Shown: positions 9,422 to 18,792 of the stretch, piece after piece
How the letters are laid out: every line of letters starts with the position of its first letter
How positions within the stretch are numbered: the stretch's first letter is position 1
DNA from: an uncultured Candidatus Saccharibacteria bacterium
Lineage (GTDB): Bacteria; Patescibacteriota; WWE3; CAZQFB01
Direction: 5' to 3'
Length of the DNA stretch: 64,000 nt
Assembly (NCBI GenBank): GCA_964592525.1
Contig: CAZQFB010000001.1
Coordinates: 212,413-276,412 of the forward strand
Program-made: the position numbers and the translations under genes
The notes under the pieces: generated by a model
What the model was told of the DNA's origin: nothing
The model's input: the letters and a program-made list of their open reading frames with translations, nothing else
Database searches by the model: none

Positions 9422-10372
9422 TTGATTAAGTGTTTCCTCTTTTATATAATTCCTTGGCACTCGGAGTTCGCCGAAGTGTCTATCGCCTCGCTCCAAGGGA
9501 GTGAAGGTGCAGGAGGGATCGTTGTGAGCGACCCAACACTAGCCCAATTGAAGCAGTTTTTTGATCTGCTCGATGGGGTTCTGGATGCCAAGAGAACACT
9601 CCAAGGCATCATTGAGAAGTGGGGAGTAGTAAGATTGGTAGGCAATACTCCTCACACGCAGAAAGAGCTTCTTCAGCTTCTGCAGGACTACCTTGAGGGT
9701 AGGATTGTGCTTGATCGCTTTGCTCTCTTTAGTGAGCTTCTGCTGAGCCCGGCTGATCAGCTGGAGCGTCTCCGAGCATATGACGAGAAATACTGGGGAG
9801 GTGCAATCTGCGAGGAGCTAAAGGGTTTTCAGTTACCCGATGTAGGTCTTCACCCGCAAAGGGTGAAGGATTTGCGGGTTCTTCATGTGGAATTTGGCTC
9901 TCCGGGAGAGACCCTGGAGAGGTGGTGGCAGGTGATCTCAGCTACCCAGCCCGGGTCTTGGCGATCGGGAGATCTCCAGAGTGATTCTGCTCATCTGGGT
10001 CTCCACAGCCAGGCACGCCACTACCCTCCAGGAATCCATGTGGTTCGCCTAGACCTGGCGGCCCATTGGGAGCCGGAAGCGGGGAGAACCCTGGTGGATG
10101 TATACGCTAGGGTTAGGGAAGCTGGGGAGAAGCTTGCCCATGGTGAGATTCTCTCGGCCTGTGGGCTCCATCCTGATCTGGTAAGGGAGATGGATGGAGA
10201 GAATCTGCCTTTCGTGGATCTGGCAGGGTATCAGGTATTAATGCCTGGTTTACCGACCTGTCGGGCTGTTCCGTGTCTTTACTGGGATAGCCTCAGAGGC
10301 AAGGTCGCCCTCGACGTCGACTCCATTGACTATTTCCTTCCCTCTTGGGCGGCTCCGGTGCTCAGGGAGTAA
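9422..10372 (+). CDS. hypothetical protein encoded in an atypically GC-rich segment (possible horizontally acquired gene)
   Basis: The ORF is 316 aa with a TTG-initiated track start, and the true start is uncertain. The DNA is visibly GC-rich (~55%) against ~40% flanks. The codon pattern is coherent (gag/ctg/ggg rich), and no family was recognised. Confidence 0.35.
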   Translation: MIKCFLFYIIPWHSEFAEVSIASLQGSEGAGGIVVSDPTLAQLKQFFDLLDGVLDAKRTLQGIIEKWGVVRLVGNTPHTQKELLQLLQDYLEGRIVLDRFALFSELLLSPADQLERLRAYDEKYWGGAICEELKGFQLPDVGLHPQRVKDLRVLHVEFGSPGETLERWWQVISATQPGSWRSGDLQSDSAHLGLHSQARHYPPGIHVVRLDLAAHWEPEAGRTLVDVYARVREAGEKLAHGEILSACGLHPDLVREMDGENLPFVDLAGYQVLMPGLPTCRAVPCLYWDSLRGKVALDVDSIDYFLPSWAAPVLRE

Positions 10373-10439
10373 GTACTCCTACTTAGGGTCTTAGGGCTTT
10401 TGGTGATAAGTCCTTGGACCTTTGTTTGAGAGAAAGAGA

Positions 10440-10495
10440 AGGGGTGTCTTCTGAAATCTGCTTGCAGATTATGGAGGCACCCCTCTTTGTTTTAT
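10440..10495 (+). terminator. compound hairpin followed by T-tract (intrinsic terminator after GC-rich ORF)
   Basis: aggggtg (10440-10446) pairs with cacccct (10478-10484) around an inner AATCTGC-TT-GCAGATT hairpin, followed by ctttgtttt. Confidence 0.4.
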
Positions 10496-10646
10496 CCATA
10501 AGTAAGGGTATCAAAGGAATTGATTCTGATAATAAGGCGTTAGTGGAAAAGGTGTAGAATTTGGTTCCCCAGTAATCCTTTTACCTTGAGGTTACGTCTA
10601 AACCCATATGTTTACTGCCTGAACCAGGCCTGGCCTAGTTCAGCCT

Positions 10647-11372
10647 TTATTCTATTGGTTTTAGATAGAAGGGTTCGAGGATACCTATATAATTGGTATA
10701 GCCTTCGGGTTGTTGTAGCGTAGTGGCTGACAGGAACTTAAACTCCCTGCTCTCCCCACCAGTGGGGTCGTGAATGATAAGTGAATCAGCAGTACCTGTT
10801 TCGGCGTTATAGCCTTTGATCCCGGTAACTACCATACCATGACCCACCCACCCCATGTAGTTTTGCACGTTAATTATTACGGGGTAACCCTCTGTTAATG
10901 TTTGATAAATTGCCGAGGCATTACGTTCAATCTTAACTGCTTCAAAGTTGTAGATCTTAGCCCCCGAGTACAGATCGTAAAACATTACTCCCTTTACATA
11001 AACACTACTGGGTAGCTTATCAATTACGGTAATAAGATCAGTGTCCACGCCATGATATTGAAAGGACATCGTTAAAGCCGTAGGCCCACAAGCAGACCAC
11101 ATGATCTCACCTTGCCTAGCTTCGGGTAAATCGTAATATTGGTGAACATAAGGCACGTTAAGCTCAAGGTGATCGGTCTCATTGACCTTAAATTGCCCAG
11201 CATTCTCCACCCTTTCTGCAAGGATAAGCTCTGGGGCATTTGGTTGTAGTTGAGGCTCTTGTGGCGCGGTAATTAAAGATAATAGCGCGATTGAGCCAGT
11301 GATTAAGGCGTTCATAATGTACTCCTTAAAAAATAAGCGCCCCGGTTGGGACGCGACGCGGATTATACTCAA
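10647..11372 (-). CDS. secreted C39-like (papain-fold) cysteine peptidase domain protein
   Basis: There is a putative Cys-His-Asp arrangement: WSACGPTALTMS...GHGMVVTGI...IHDP. An internal Met (MNALITGSIALLSLITA) followed by a hydrophobic segment suggests the true start is near 11315 with a signal peptide. Confidence 0.45.
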   Translation of the reverse strand: MSIIRVASQPGRLFFKEYIMNALITGSIALLSLITAPQEPQLQPNAPELILAERVENAGQFKVNETDHLELNVPYVHQYYDLPEARQGEIMWSACGPTALTMSFQYHGVDTDLITVIDKLPSSVYVKGVMFYDLYSGAKIYNFEAVKIERNASAIYQTLTEGYPVIINVQNYMGWVGHGMVVTGIKGYNAETGTADSLIIHDPTGGESREFKFLSATTLQQPEGYTNYIGILEPFYLKPIE

Positions 11373-11408
11373 CTATAGGTTTGTTGTCAAATCACCTCTG
11401 GGTAGTTT

Positions 11409-12755
11409 ATGCTGTTAGTAATGCTCAAGAAAAAACTGTTAATTACGTTATCCCTAGCTGCGGTGGGTTGCTCAATGGTGCTTTTATACATAAGTCAGCA
11501 AACACCACAAGTTGGCGAAGTGGTTATTGGTAATCAATTGTCTCAAGGTACTCGGTTGGGGGAGGTTGATCTCTCTTATTTGACGGTACCAGAAGCGGTC
11601 AGCAAGTTACAGGAGTATGCTCATAAAACTACTCTCGTTGCTTTTCCTCATCGGGCACAAAGATTTAGCTATGCTGATTTAGGGGTGGGTTTTAATTATC
11701 AAGTGCTGGAGGATTATCGCCAGCAATGTACTAAAACCTGGTTTGGTTGTGAAGAACAAGCTTACCCCGTGCCTTTGGCTAACAGGATTATTTCTATTAA
11801 CGAGACTGAATTTAAAGAGTTTGTGAGTTTAATGAACACACAAGTTACTTCTCTTTTGTCAGCTAACGATGTTTCTTTTGAGGATTTAACTTTTCGGGCA
11901 CATGACCCTAATGGTCAAATTGTTGTGGATGAGGTTAAGCTACGGCAGCAATTAAATAGTCAGAAAATATTTAGCCAAAAGATCATTGCGGTGGAAACTA
12001 TGCTAAATCAGGTAAGAGATTTGTCGGCGCAAGAAGAAGCGACTGTTAGCTTAGTAGCGGCGGTAACGACCACTCCGTTATTGATTAAATATGGTCGGCA
12101 ACCAGTTAGCCTTGCTAGTGAAACGCTAACCACTTTTATTGATTTAGTCCCTCGGTCTGGTTTTACCACCGCACAAATTAACACGCTAGCCATCAAAGAT
12201 TATTTAGCCACCTTAGCAAAGCGATACCCTTTAGCGATTGAGTTGGAAGAAAAACAAGCGGTGTTAAGTATTGCTCGTGCGCTACTTTATCGTGCGGGAG
12301 GAGAAAGTCCCGCGACTGTCGTCATATTACCGCTTAAGGGTGAACCGACGACGGATGGTAGTTATGCCCCTAAATATTTGGAACTTATTAAAAGCCAACA
12401 ACGAATGTATGCCTTTGAAAACGGTGCGTTGGTAGATACCTATATTGTGGGCACAGGGTTGACTTGGGAAACCCCGTCGGGGAACTTCCAGATCATGCGC
12501 AAACCGGGGATGTCTATTTCCTATACTGGCGGGTGGTTTATGCCTTACTATATGCCGATTGGCACAATTAATGGTTATTTTTTTGGGTTGCATGAAATTC
12601 CCTACCGCCTGAATGCCTATGGCAATATTACCTCCAGGGACGTGAATACCATGGGATCTCCGGCTACTGGTGGTTGTATCCAGCTATACAGAGAAGATGC
12701 TATTCACTTGTTTGAGTGGGCAGATGTGGGTATGCCAGTACTGATTAGGGAGTGA
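11409..12755 (+). CDS. L,D-transpeptidase (YkuD domain) family protein
   Basis: The C-terminal catalytic domain has GLHEIPY...SPATGGCIQL (His...GGC, the Ldt active-site signature). There is an N-terminal TM/signal segment. Confidence 0.7.
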   Translation: MLLVMLKKKLLITLSLAAVGCSMVLLYISQQTPQVGEVVIGNQLSQGTRLGEVDLSYLTVPEAVSKLQEYAHKTTLVAFPHRAQRFSYADLGVGFNYQVLEDYRQQCTKTWFGCEEQAYPVPLANRIISINETEFKEFVSLMNTQVTSLLSANDVSFEDLTFRAHDPNGQIVVDEVKLRQQLNSQKIFSQKIIAVETMLNQVRDLSAQEEATVSLVAAVTTTPLLIKYGRQPVSLASETLTTFIDLVPRSGFTTAQINTLAIKDYLATLAKRYPLAIELEEKQAVLSIARALLYRAGGESPATVVILPLKGEPTTDGSYAPKYLELIKSQQRMYAFENGALVDTYIVGTGLTWETPSGNFQIMRKPGMSISYTGGWFMPYYMPIGTINGYFFGLHEIPYRLNAYGNITSRDVNTMGSPATGGCIQLYREDAIHLFEWADVGMPVLIRE

Positions 12756-12874
12756 TAAGTCAACCTTCAACTATCACCCGCCAACAACCGACTCAACAGG
12801 GATTTTGGTAAAGGTCCGTCCTTTGGGGAGCGGGGTTACACCAAAGAGCTTAGGTTAATGTATATTGTAAAGAT

Positions 12875-14038
12875 ATGGACAAACCAAAAATAGCCCACAT
12901 CAGCTCAACCTACCTTAGAGCTTCAGAGACATTTGCCTATGCTTATACCCAGAACCTAAAAAAGTATGAGCCGATTGTTTTGTGTGAAGCTACCGAAAAC
13001 TTAAACCGCTTTCCTGGACCAAAGGTTTATCAGATCCGGGAGCTTTCTTTACTAGATAGGGCGATTAATAGATTAGGTAGAGAACTGTTTACCCGGCCCC
13101 TCGTCACCGAAAAAGAATACTCCCAGATCATCAACAGGGAAAAGCCAGCTATCCTGCATGCCCATTTTGCTACCCAAGGGGTTTATACCATCCCTCTAAA
13201 AAATAAACACCAGCTACCCTTGGTGACTTCCGTTTATGGTTTTGATTTTTCTTATAAACGAATTACACAGGTGTTGACGGATTCGTTCGGAGGTGAGGGC
13301 TATTGGCAGAAGGCTTATCAGAAGCTGTTTCAGGAAGGCGATTTATTTCTTACTTACTATGAAAAAGGTAAACGGACCCTAGTGAGTATGGGATGTCCGG
13401 CAGAGAAAATCACCGTTTTTCCAAATGGGATCAATTTAGAAAAATTTCAATTTAAACCATCGGGGTGGGGGAGAGAGATCCAGATACTGATGGTTAATAG
13501 ATTAACGGAGAAAAAGGGAGTGGCATATGCTGTAAGAGCCTTGGCACTCCTCGTGGCTAAATATCCCAAGGTGACCCTCAAAATTTTAGGCGATGGTGAG
13601 CTGGAAAAAGACATCAAAGCATTAGTAAGAGAATTGCATCTTGAGGAAAAAGTTATTATGCCAGGCTTTGTCGGTGAAGAGGAAGTGTTGGCCGAATACG
13701 CAAAATCACACCTTTTCTTGGCACCTGGATTTACAGCTGTAGATGGAGATGACAATGGTGGTGGTAACGTGACTGTTCTGGAAGCAATGGCCACGGGTGT
13801 AGTGGTAATTGGTACCCAGGAGAGCAGTGAACAGTTTGTGGAGGATGGTGTAAACGGTCTTATCTGCAGGCAGAAAGATCCAGAAGACCTGGCGGTTAAA
13901 ATCACGAGTATTCTAGACAACCCAGCTCAAGTAGCGGGAATGGTTGAGAAATCAAGGAAGATGGTGGAAGAAAAGTATGATGCTCATAAACAGGCTAGGA
14001 AGCTGGAGGAGTATTACGATAGTTTGCTGGAGAGGTAA
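12875..14038 (+). CDS. GT4 family glycosyltransferase
   Basis: The C-terminal GT-B motif is VLEAMATGVVVIGTQESSEQFVEDGVNG (E-x7-E-like). Confidence 0.75.
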   Translation: MDKPKIAHISSTYLRASETFAYAYTQNLKKYEPIVLCEATENLNRFPGPKVYQIRELSLLDRAINRLGRELFTRPLVTEKEYSQIINREKPAILHAHFATQGVYTIPLKNKHQLPLVTSVYGFDFSYKRITQVLTDSFGGEGYWQKAYQKLFQEGDLFLTYYEKGKRTLVSMGCPAEKITVFPNGINLEKFQFKPSGWGREIQILMVNRLTEKKGVAYAVRALALLVAKYPKVTLKILGDGELEKDIKALVRELHLEEKVIMPGFVGEEEVLAEYAKSHLFLAPGFTAVDGDDNGGGNVTVLEAMATGVVVIGTQESSEQFVEDGVNGLICRQKDPEDLAVKITSILDNPAQVAGMVEKSRKMVEEKYDAHKQARKLEEYYDSLLER

Positions 14039-14044
14039 CTTTTT

Positions 14045-15265
14045 ATGTTAAGTTCATCTAAACATATTGTTATTTTTGTGCGTTCTTTGCCGCTACATGC
14101 AAGCTTTGGGGGTATGGAAACCCAAGCCCACCTATTAGCCGAAGGTTTGCTAGAAGAAGGTCACAAGGTTGATGTAATTACCAATCCTGCTTTCAAATCG
14201 GTACCAAGCACAAAGTATAAGATTCATTTCACAAGTAAGGGGGATCACACCAAATACACAAAGGAATATTTTTCACAAAGCGCCAATATTTTAAAAGAGA
14301 TTCATGAGCGGGATCCAGTAGATATGGTGATTAGTGAGAGTGCGGCTGGTTTTGGCTATAGCTTAAAACGTAAGGTAGAGTTGGGTATCCCCGTCATTCT
14401 TATTCAACACGGCTCTTTGTGGGGCGAAGTTCAAACCACTCAAGCCAAAGCAACTTCCTTCAAGGATTACCTAAGACTTATTCTGAAAATCTACCCCTAC
14501 GCTTTCAAGACCTACTTTATGCTTGATCTTAAACATATGAAAAAGGTGGATCAGATTATCGCGGTGAGCCAGAGTGTGAAAGAAGCTGTGGTTAAGGAGT
14601 ATCGGGTTGATGCCAGTAAGGTTAGCGTTGTTTATAACGGTATTGAGGTTAATAAATTTCAAGTTGCTAGTGAAGAGGAAAAGATGAACTTGCGTAATAA
14701 CTTAGGCATAGCGCCAAAAGACTTGGTGCTTTTATATGTGGGGAGAGTAATTGCAGAGAAAGGCTTGCAAGATGTAGTGCAAGTGCTCCCTCAACTGCCC
14801 ACAAGCGTCAAATTTATGGTGGTGGGGGCAGGGGATTTCCTCTCCACTCTTAAAGCCAAGATCTCAAAGCAGGGTCTTGAAGAAAGAGTAAGCTTCATGG
14901 GCCGGGTGGGTTATGAAGAGGTGGCTAAATATTACAAAGTAGCTGATGTTTTTGTGTTTCCTACCCATCGGGAGGAAGGTTTCCCCATGACTCTAATTGA
15001 AGCACAAGCTAGCGGGTTACCCGTGATAGTGGCGGATAAGGGTGGGGCTAAAGAGGCTATTGAGGAAGAAGTAACTGGTTGGAGTTACCCTGCGGGAGAT
15101 TTGAAGCAATTGACCCTGACTTTACAGCAAGCTGTTAATAACGCTGATCTTAAAACCATGTCGAGGGAGGCTGAGAGCAGGGCAGTCAAGCTTTTTAGCC
15201 AACGTAAAATGGTAATGGATACCTTAGCGGTGATGGCTAAAGTGCTAGAGAAACCCACTACCTAG
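14045..15265 (+). CDS. GT4 family glycosyltransferase
   Basis: FVFPTHREEGFPMTLIEAQASGLPVIVADKGGAKEAIEEEVTGW is the classical GT4 EX7E region. Confidence 0.75.
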   Translation: MLSSSKHIVIFVRSLPLHASFGGMETQAHLLAEGLLEEGHKVDVITNPAFKSVPSTKYKIHFTSKGDHTKYTKEYFSQSANILKEIHERDPVDMVISESAAGFGYSLKRKVELGIPVILIQHGSLWGEVQTTQAKATSFKDYLRLILKIYPYAFKTYFMLDLKHMKKVDQIIAVSQSVKEAVVKEYRVDASKVSVVYNGIEVNKFQVASEEEKMNLRNNLGIAPKDLVLLYVGRVIAEKGLQDVVQVLPQLPTSVKFMVVGAGDFLSTLKAKISKQGLEERVSFMGRVGYEEVAKYYKVADVFVFPTHREEGFPMTLIEAQASGLPVIVADKGGAKEAIEEEVTGWSYPAGDLKQLTLTLQQAVNNADLKTMSREAESRAVKLFSQRKMVMDTLAVMAKVLEKPTT

Positions 15266-15349
15266 GTTAGTGGGAGAGGCTCCAATTATCTAAAACCACA
15301 ACCCTATAGTTAGCTCTAATACCTATAAACAGTGGTGTAAAAAAGATAC

Positions 15350-15378
15350 TTGACAACCTGTAGTAAGCGGTGTACAAT
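15350..15378 (+). promoter_or_regulatory. sigma70-like promoter TTGACA-17-TACAAT
   Basis: TTGACA at 15350-15355, a 17 nt spacer, then TACAAT at 15373-15378. It lies in a 329 nt intergenic gap upstream of a GC-rich structured region. Confidence 0.5.
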
Positions 15379-15384
15379 TCGCAC

Positions 15385-15570
15385 CGTCCTTAGGGGATGT
15401 TCCCCTTATGAAGGAGGACTACGGGGGAAAGTGCCTGGCGAAAATTCCCCGACACAACTTCAAAGCCAGGAAAGGGGGAGCACAGGGTGACGGACCCTGT
15501 AAGCTTCTGATCTTTTGTGGTACCCGGGTGGGGGTAAACGTCCCCCACCCGGGGTTTGTCCCTCTTTTGC
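15385..15570 (+). ncRNA. GC-rich structured RNA element (candidate small RNA or riboswitch-like leader) ending in an intrinsic terminator
   Basis: The region downstream of the promoter is much more GC-rich than its surroundings and contains multiple perfect hairpins (AGGGGA/TCCCCT, CAGGGT-GACGG-ACCCTG, CCUGGC...GCCAGG). It ends with the 12 bp stem cccgggtggggg-taaacg-cccccacccggg (15523-15553) plus a U-tract. The overlapping 82 aa ORF (15408-15656) is probably spurious. Confidence 0.35.
15523..15570 (+). terminator. rho-independent terminator / attenuator hairpin
   Basis: A 12 bp perfect GC stem (15523-15534 / 15542-15553) with loop TAAACG, followed by gtttgtccctcttttgctt, about 25 nt upstream of the ATG at 15595. 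Confidence 0.55.
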
Positions 15571-15594
15571 TTATTTCCCTGATATACTCATTAC

Positions 15595-17079
15595 ATGCAA
15601 AAAAAGCGCACTTCTTTTGTTGTCTTTTTCATTTTTCTGTTTTCATTAAGTTTTAGGTTATGGGGTATAACCACCATGGGTGAGTATTGGGATGAGGCGC
15701 AAATTGCTGAAACTGGCAGTGAATACCTACGCAATGTTTCTCAATTAGATTTTTCTTCTCAAGCTTGGTCTGTTAATAAAGAACACCCTCCCGTGGCCAA
15801 GTATCTCTACGGTGCTTCCAAACTGGTACCAAAGTATATAACCGCGGTGGCTCGAATTGATAGCGAGTATGCGGTGGGTAAACAGTTAACCTTTGGGCGT
15901 TTGGTGAGTGCCGTGCTTGGTTCGTTGACGGTAGTCTTTTTGTTTCTGGTGGGTAAGACATTATACAACCCAAGAGTGGGTTTGGTGGGGGCTCTCTTTT
16001 TAAGTCTGCTCCCTCATGCTATCGGTCATAATCGGGTGGTGGGTTTGGAAACTCCCCTTTCTTTCTTTATTCTCCTTTCCCTATATTTATTTTTGGTGAA
16101 GAGAACACTATTAGCGAGTGCGGCTTTTGGCTTAGCTTTGGCGACTCGTTTTAACGCCATTTTAATGCTCCCCTTCTTTTTACTTGTACCCCTAGTCCAA
16201 GGAGATCCTGTCAAAAAGGCGGCAAAACAATTATTTTTCCTGGTTCTTGTTTCATTTATCTTGCTCCTTGTTACCTGGCCCTGGCTTTGGAGTAACCCTC
16301 TGGGCAATCTTATTGAGAGTCTGTCCATGTCCACCACCCACACAGACGCGGAGTACTTTTTAGGAAGACTTGGTAATTTGCCCTGGTTTTATTACTTGCT
16401 ATATACCTTAGCGACTCTTCCCTCTATTCTGCTCATTTTTTTGACTGCTTCTGCTGTGAAGTTGGTAAAAGACAGGGGAAAAGAGGATGTAATTCTTTTT
16501 AGTTACCTGCTTCTTCCTTTCGTGGCTTCGTTTTTGCCTCTCAAGCAAGATGGTTTGCGCTACATTTTTCAGGTTTTGCCCGCGCTGGCGCTCGTTTGCG
16601 CAGTGGGGTTTGATTACCTTGTTAAAGGTATTATTCGTCTAAGTCATTTGCCGAGCAAAATTTATTCCCTAAGTTTGGGTTTGGTGATGGTGTTATTACT
16701 AACGAGCTTTTTGCGGTTTAACCCTTATCAAATAGATTTTTACAATTATATGGTTGGGGGAACGAAGTATGTTTATGAGTATAGACTGTTTGAGGTTGGG
16801 TGGTGGGGGGAGGGTATCTATGAGGCTATGCAGTGGGTTAATGATAATGCCAAAGAGGGGGCTAGTATTAATATTGCCTACTCCCCCCAACATGTTGCAC
16901 CGGAACCTCGGAAGGATCTGCAAATTTTTGCTGGTGATTTTGGGCAAGATTATATTCTCTTGAACACCTATTCGCAGTGGTACAAAGAGGTTGGCTTGAG
17001 TCCTGATGATTATGAGTTGGTATATTCGGTAGAGGTGGCAGGGGCTCATTTAGCCGAGGTTTACAGAAGAAGTTATTAA
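15595..17079 (+). CDS. GT-C membrane glycosyltransferase, PMT/ArnT (GT39/GT83-like) family
   Basis: A 494 aa polytopic protein. The first extracytoplasmic loop carries WDE (the DE motif) and EHPPVAKYL (the HPPLxK-type PMT motif). Confidence 0.65.
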   Translation: MQKKRTSFVVFFIFLFSLSFRLWGITTMGEYWDEAQIAETGSEYLRNVSQLDFSSQAWSVNKEHPPVAKYLYGASKLVPKYITAVARIDSEYAVGKQLTFGRLVSAVLGSLTVVFLFLVGKTLYNPRVGLVGALFLSLLPHAIGHNRVVGLETPLSFFILLSLYLFLVKRTLLASAAFGLALATRFNAILMLPFFLLVPLVQGDPVKKAAKQLFFLVLVSFILLLVTWPWLWSNPLGNLIESLSMSTTHTDAEYFLGRLGNLPWFYYLLYTLATLPSILLIFLTASAVKLVKDRGKEDVILFSYLLLPFVASFLPLKQDGLRYIFQVLPALALVCAVGFDYLVKGIIRLSHLPSKIYSLSLGLVMVLLLTSFLRFNPYQIDFYNYMVGGTKYVYEYRLFEVGWWGEGIYEAMQWVNDNAKEGASINIAYSPQHVAPEPRKDLQIFAGDFGQDYILLNTYSQWYKEVGLSPDDYELVYSVEVAGAHLAEVYRRSY

Positions 17080-17121
17080 TAAGTAGTGTAAAGCCTGCCT
17101 GCGGCAGGCAGGTGAAAAGTT

Positions 17122-18792
17122 ATGAACTCTTTGATTAGATCTAAATCCAACCCGCGAAATATTCTTTTGCTGGTTGCTTTAATTGCTACGTTGTTTTTCT
17201 ACTACCTAAACCAGACCCAAGCAATTTGGCAAAACCCTTTCCCCAAAGGTGATGAGGTGGCTTATCTGGCGACGGCGGTAGCTATTCGTGAAGAAGGTGG
17301 GCTGGTGTCTTTAATCCCGCGGATGATAACGGGTGATTACAAGGAAGCCAACAGACACCCGTTCTATGTGGGTCTGCTCTCAATTTTTGCCCATCCGTCT
17401 TTGGATTTTTTTGCCAATGCTAAAGCTTTTAACCTGGTGCTAGGGGGAATCTATCTGCTTTTACTGTTTTGCCTGATGCGCAAACTCCTAGGTTGTTCCT
17501 TAGCTTTCTTGATGGTACTACTGTATGCGGGGAACTATTTTTTTCTCAACCAAGTAGCCAAAGTATCCACCGAACCTCTGTTATTTATTTTCGTTTTATT
17601 GAGTTGGTACTTAATTACTGAATATGGTCAGAAAACAGATAAAAAAATCGTACCTTCGGCAATGGTAGCCTCCTTGAGCTACTTGGCTAAAGTGACAGGG
17701 ATTTTTGTAATCCTTTCTTATCTGGCTACCAACTTAATTGCGGTGCTAACAAAAAAAACAGCCTTGTTCTCCAAAATTAAGCTCACTGCTCCCACACGTA
17801 AGGAAGTTGTTCTGTTTATTGCCACAGTACTCGTGGTAGCCTCCCCCCTTTTGTGGCGAAATACGCTGGTGTACAACAACCCGTTCCATAATTACAACAG
17901 TAAATTACTGTTTATCGCTAGGGGTGAGGAGCGGAGAACGGTGGAGATTTACAAAGGAGAATCACAGGGGTTAGTGGGGTTTATTAAGGAGCAATCTATT
18001 GATGGGACTGTGGGACGGCTCTTGAGAGGTATGGTCAATGAGAGTGTGGTTTTTACCCAAATGGTGTTTTTTGATTATGGGCGGATTAGAGGTTCTTTAA
18101 TTCTGTTTGGTTTGTTCTTGATGTCTATGTTAAGGGACAGGAATAGGTGGCGCGCGTTGTATTCAGTCTTCCTTTTTTCTGCCTTTTTTATCTTCTTCTC
18201 TTGGTATTACCCTATCAGCGGTCACTTTCGCTATGTTCTCCCCGTACTCTTTATTGTTTACTTCTATCTTTTTCTTCTTCTAAAAGATTTTGTAAAGTAC
18301 CTTTCTATGAAGTGGCGTTGGTTAGCAAAGTTTACCTTAGTAACACCGTTACTTCTTATGCTGCTAGGGTTCTACCTAATATATGAAGAACTTGATGAAC
18401 ACGAATATATTACCCCGGCGCATGCCCATAAAGTGACGACAGCTTATTTAGATCTTGCTTCGTGGATTGAAGACAATATTACCCCCGAAACTTTATACTT
18501 AAATGGGCCTGGTCATGAGTTTCAAGTTGAATGGCTCACGGGTACCTCTGAACAATCAATTGAAATGCCAATTGTTACTAGTCTGTCAGAACTTAATCAG
18601 TTTATTTCTGATTATGGCATAAAATATGTCATCCTCTCTCAACCAACTATTACTGGTCGCGAGCTTATTTTGAAGGATTATTTTATACTTAAAGGAGATG
18701 GGTTGCAGGAAGTATCAAAACCCCAAGGATGGGCATTAATTGCCCATGAGCACCGAAGTGACCCTCGCTATTTAATCTATGAAATTCAATAA
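17122..18792 (+). CDS. GT-C membrane glycosyltransferase, PMT/ArnT-like
   Basis: PFPKGDEVAYLA...ANRHPFYVGL gives DE and HP loop motifs. The N-terminal half is polytopic and there is a C-terminal soluble domain. Confidence 0.6.
   Translation: MNSLIRSKSNPRNILLLVALIATLFFYYLNQTQAIWQNPFPKGDEVAYLATAVAIREEGGLVSLIPRMITGDYKEANRHPFYVGLLSIFAHPSLDFFANAKAFNLVLGGIYLLLLFCLMRKLLGCSLAFLMVLLYAGNYFFLNQVAKVSTEPLLFIFVLLSWYLITEYGQKTDKKIVPSAMVASLSYLAKVTGIFVILSYLATNLIAVLTKKTALFSKIKLTAPTRKEVVLFIATVLVVASPLLWRNTLVYNNPFHNYNSKLLFIARGEERRTVEIYKGESQGLVGFIKEQSIDGTVGRLLRGMVNESVVFTQMVFFDYGRIRGSLILFGLFLMSMLRDRNRWRALYSVFLFSAFFIFFSWYYPISGHFRYVLPVLFIVYFYLFLLLKDFVKYLSMKWRWLAKFTLVTPLLLMLLGFYLIYEELDEHEYITPAHAHKVTTAYLDLASWIEDNITPETLYLNGPGHEFQVEWLTGTSEQSIEMPIVTSLSELNQFISDYGIKYVILSQPTITGRELILKDYFILKGDGLQEVSKPQGWALIAHEHRSDPRYLIYEIQ

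Noticed and set aside
13447-13920. 157 aa antisense ORF inside the GT4 gene
   Set aside because: It is antisense to a gene with clear GT4 motifs, and its Ser/Pro/Thr-rich translation is typical of a shadow frame.
15385-15570. Possibility that the structured RNA is SRP (4.5S) RNA
   Set aside because: It contains AGCCAGGAAAGGGGGAGCAC, which loosely resembles the domain IV GGAAGCAG region. However, the flanking tetraloop-closed helix and the symmetric loop are not in the required arrangement, so I left it unassigned.
15408-15656. 82 aa ORF overlapping the structured GC-rich RNA element
   Set aside because: It lies inside the promoter-to-terminator RNA region, has a Gly/Pro/Cys-rich low-complexity translation typical of GC-rich non-coding sequence, and runs through the terminator hairpin into the next gene's start.
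16026-17049. Antisense ORFs (105 and 116 aa) within the first PMT-like gene
   Set aside because: They overlap a motif-supported membrane protein gene, and their translations have Arg/Lys-rich shadow composition.
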